64,000 nucleotides of DNA from a virus, in the IMG/VR virus record IMGVR_UViG_3300017917_001958, positions 11,911 to 75,910 of that record. One strand, given 5' to 3'. Position numbers and translations under genes: made by a program. Shown piece after piece: positions 61,596 to 64,000 of this stretch; position 1 is the stretch's first letter, and every line of letters begins with the position of its first letter. Below the pieces are notes generated by a model. It did not search any database and was not told the origin of the DNA. It worked only from the letters and a program-made list of their open reading frames with translations.

Positions 61596-62228
61596 TTATT
61601 TTATTATCATCTTTTCAAATCTTTCCAATCTATCATAATTCAAATTATTTTTAATCCAATCGATTTGAATTTTAATAGTGTTTTTATGGTTTAATAATAA
61701 GTTCATAGCATTTTTTCTTATTTTAATTCCTCTATTATTGGTACCCGGTTCTGTTTTTATATAATTTTCTAAACCAATTTCTTCTATTATTTCCTGTTGT
61801 GTTTCTAAATCAATATAATAAAGCCCACCTTTATTTGATCCCCACATTATATTTGCAATAACCATATCGTATTTTGGTTTATAATTTTTACAAAACTCCT
61901 CAGCTAATTTTGTATCAGATGTCCAAAATACTTTAACGTTTCCAGAATATGTTCCGGTAAATGTTTTTATTGATACTTCATTACCTAATAAAATAATGTC
62001 TTTTGAGGTTTCTTTGATTGATCCAGCATCATTAACGTTATCTGACCCAACAAAAGATCTGGTTAATGCGTATATAATATCCTCTCTAACGGTACCCACC
62101 TGCATACCTATTTTTCCCCCTCTGCTACATTCTATTTCTGCAAATTCAAAAAGATGAGGTAAATTTTTTTTAACTAAATAAATGTAGTCATCACATAAAA
62201 AAAGTTCTTTACTGTTTTTAAAATTCAT
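61596..62228 (-). CDS. ThaI-family type II restriction endonuclease-like protein
   Basis: LPHLFEFAEIECSRGGKIGMQVGTVRE, D...VSIKT, VFWTSD, GTNNRG. Confidence 0.7.
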   Translation of the reverse strand: MNFKNSKELFLCDDYIYLVKKNLPHLFEFAEIECSRGGKIGMQVGTVREDIIYALTRSFVGSDNVNDAGSIKETSKDIILLGNEVSIKTFTGTYSGNVKVFWTSDTKLAEEFCKNYKPKYDMVIANIMWGSNKGGLYYIDLETQQEIIEEIGLENYIKTEPGTNNRGIKIRKNAMNLLLNHKNTIKIQIDWIKNNLNYDRLERFEKMIIK

Positions 62229-62258
62229 TAAATAAAATATAACAAAATTTTTATAAAT

Positions 62259-62287
62259 AAAAAACCCTCAATTTCTTGAGGGTTTTT
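62259..62287 (-). terminator. Terminator after the major capsid gene
   Basis: aaaaaccctcaa...ttgagggttttt. Confidence 0.85.
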
Positions 62288-62307
62288 ATATGTTAATCTG
62301 ATTAAGA

Positions 62308-64000
62308 TTATCTTAATGATCCCAAATCAAATGTAGTGATACCAGCCACGTTGATTACACCAAAGTAACGGTTGTTAACCATTTTCTTAGCGTATCTTGT
62401 CATGATACCTTTGATAGGTGTCATTGTGAATGGATTATACATTGTTGGAGTTAATTGTAGAGGTACATATGGTGCGTAGATATAACCTGCGTCCAATAAT
62501 GATTTACCTTTATGTCCAATTAACACTTTGTTAGCTGGGAAGTAAGGGTCACGATACACTTGGTAACGACCACTTAATGAACCGATTTTCTCAATACCCA
62601 TGTTGTATTGATCTTGCTCAGGTTCTGCGTTTGATACGTGGAAATACTCCAAGTCATCGAATACTGCAGAAACTTCAGAAGATACAACGATCCAGTTAGC
62701 ACCACCTCTTAAAGTTGTTTTATGGATTTGTGCAGAGATTTGGTTGATTTTTGTAACCAAAGTTTGGTTCCAATCCTTTTGAGTGTAACCTTGTAGTGTT
62801 GAACCACTTGTTCCACCGTATTTCCAACCATTGTAATCCCATTTAGCTGTCCAAGCGGCACCTTTACGTAAATCACGTAAGATTTCACGGTCAACTTCTG
62901 CTGCGATTTGCTCAGATAATAATGCTGTTAATTCAGCTTCAGCATCGATGTTGTGGAATGCACTAACGTCTTGTGCTAATTCAGGAGACCATGTAGCTCT
63001 TAATTTTCTTTCAGTTACAGAAACTGTTACTGATTGTAAATCAAAAGAAACCTCACCAATTTGATCTTCAAATTCTAAAGTGTCATACACTCTGTAACCT
63101 AATACGAAATCTGTAGATGCAACTGCTTGAGGAAGTACTAAAGAAGCAAAACCTGAAGTTGCTGAGTAAGATTGTAAATCTACAGAGATGTAGATAGTAC
63201 CTTCTTCATCACAAATATCGGTATACTTTCCTGAAGGATAACCAGATGCAGTTGATTTTTGACCGTATTCAACAATACCTTTACCGTATTTTTGAGTAAC
63301 GATGTTGAAGTTTCTAGAAACTCCAGAATAAGTTACAGTAGCAGAAGCTAAGAACTCTTCACTATCCATAACATTACCGTTAGGTCCGATTAATTTACCT
63401 TGACCATCTTTAGTGAAACCTGTAAATTTAACGATTACAGAATCTTGACCTGTACCACCAGAGATTTGACCTCCAGTTACAGTTGAAACTGCACCATTAG
63501 AGAAAGTTACAAAAGACGCACCTGATAAAGTAACACCTGAAAACTGACCTTTTGAGTAATCAAAAAGACCTGTGTTAGGATCGTTACCATTACCATTGTC
63601 GTTCTCATAGAAACGATCGTAAAGGTTTATACCAGTATATCCAGTTGAAGGATCTGTTTGATCAGATGGATAACCATATGGTGAGTAGTGTGCTCCGTTA
63701 TTTCTTTCCTGAATTTTAGGAATGAAGTAGAACAATTTACCGATTGGTAAGTTCATAGCTTGTACAGACACGATGTCGTTAGCTAATAATTTAGAGAATA
63801 CACGACGAATAATAGGGAAAACAACAGTCTCGAATGAACCAGACGCATCAGCTACAGCTGCTTCGTTGATTAAATAAGACGCTTGGTTTTCATATAATTG
63901 TGCGATGTTATCTTTTTGGTGACCGTTAAGACCTTCTAAAAATCCTAAGTCATCCCATTTTTTGATGGTATCTTCTTTGATAACACGAAGGTGCTTAAGA
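62308..64000 (-). CDS. Major capsid protein (T4 gp23-like), 5' end beyond the window
   Basis: Frame open to the edge (LKHLRVIKEDTIKKWDDLGFL..ENQ..FPIIRRV); RKLRATWSPELAQD, AEAEL, YAPYVPL, GIMTRY. Confidence 0.96.
   Translation of the reverse strand, partial: LKHLRVIKEDTIKKWDDLGFLEGLNGHQKDNIAQLYENQASYLINEAAVADASGSFETVVFPIIRRVFSKLLANDIVSVQAMNLPIGKLFYFIPKIQERNNGAHYSPYGYPSDQTDPSTGYTGINLYDRFYENDNGNGNDPNTGLFDYSKGQFSGVTLSGASFVTFSNGAVSTVTGGQISGGTGQDSVIVKFTGFTKDGQGKLIGPNGNVMDSEEFLASATVTYSGVSRNFNIVTQKYGKGIVEYGQKSTASGYPSGKYTDICDEEGTIYISVDLQSYSATSGFASLVLPQAVASTDFVLGYRVYDTLEFEDQIGEVSFDLQSVTVSVTERKLRATWSPELAQDVSAFHNIDAEAELTALLSEQIAAEVDREILRDLRKGAAWTAKWDYNGWKYGGTSGSTLQGYTQKDWNQTLVTKINQISAQIHKTTLRGGANWIVVSSEVSAVFDDLEYFHVSNAEPEQDQYNMGIEKIGSLSGRYQVYRDPYFPANKVLIGHKGKSLLDAGYIYAPYVPLQLTPTMYNPFTMTPIKGIMTRYAKKMVNNRYFGVINVAGITTFDLGSLR

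Noticed and set aside
1-64000. Stop-codon reassignment as in some large Bacteroidota phages
   Set aside because: Genes are full length and densely packed in code 11; TAG ends the SSB gene and TGA ends others at expected positions.
1-64000. tRNA/rRNA genes
   Set aside because: No intergenic stretch with recognisable cloverleaf or T-loop motifs was seen.

Overview
The window is a 64-kb slice of a large, AT-rich, T4-like contractile-tailed phage genome read in the standard genetic code. The host is most likely Bacteroidota, judged from TAnnTTTG-type promoters, the lack of Shine-Dalgarno sequences and a Bacteroidota/eukaryote-type class Ia RNR. Virion genes: partial gp23-like major capsid, sheath, tube, tail chaperone, tape measure, hub/wedge/spike and neck proteins. 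Replication and nucleotide genes: family B polymerase, DnaB-like helicase, gp32-like SSB, RecA/UvsX, 5'-3' nuclease, SNF2, NrdAB, dUTPase, dCMP deaminase and PhoH. Also present are a gp55-like late sigma factor, three glycosyltransferases, a ThaI-like restriction endonuclease with no adjacent methyltransferase and a LAGLIDADG homing endonuclease. Main observations: (1) a short portable helical tag (LxE[ENQS][IV]x[RK][IMF]xx[LMVI]M), often with nearby xxE sites, is fused to otherwise unrelated late proteins (ParB-like, flavodoxin-like, WYL). This suggests a modular capsid-cargo addressing and maturation system. (2) A late promoter motif, TATTTATA, is the reverse complement of the T4 late promoter. 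(3) A parS-like palindrome sits next to an origin-like repeat block between the sheath and tube genes. (4) A probable +1 frameshift occurs in the tail chaperone. (5) A remnant of the old dCMP deaminase C-terminus lies behind the homing endonuclease. (6) CCGG is strongly enriched while CGCG appears absent. All family assignments come from motif recognition by eye; no database searches were run.
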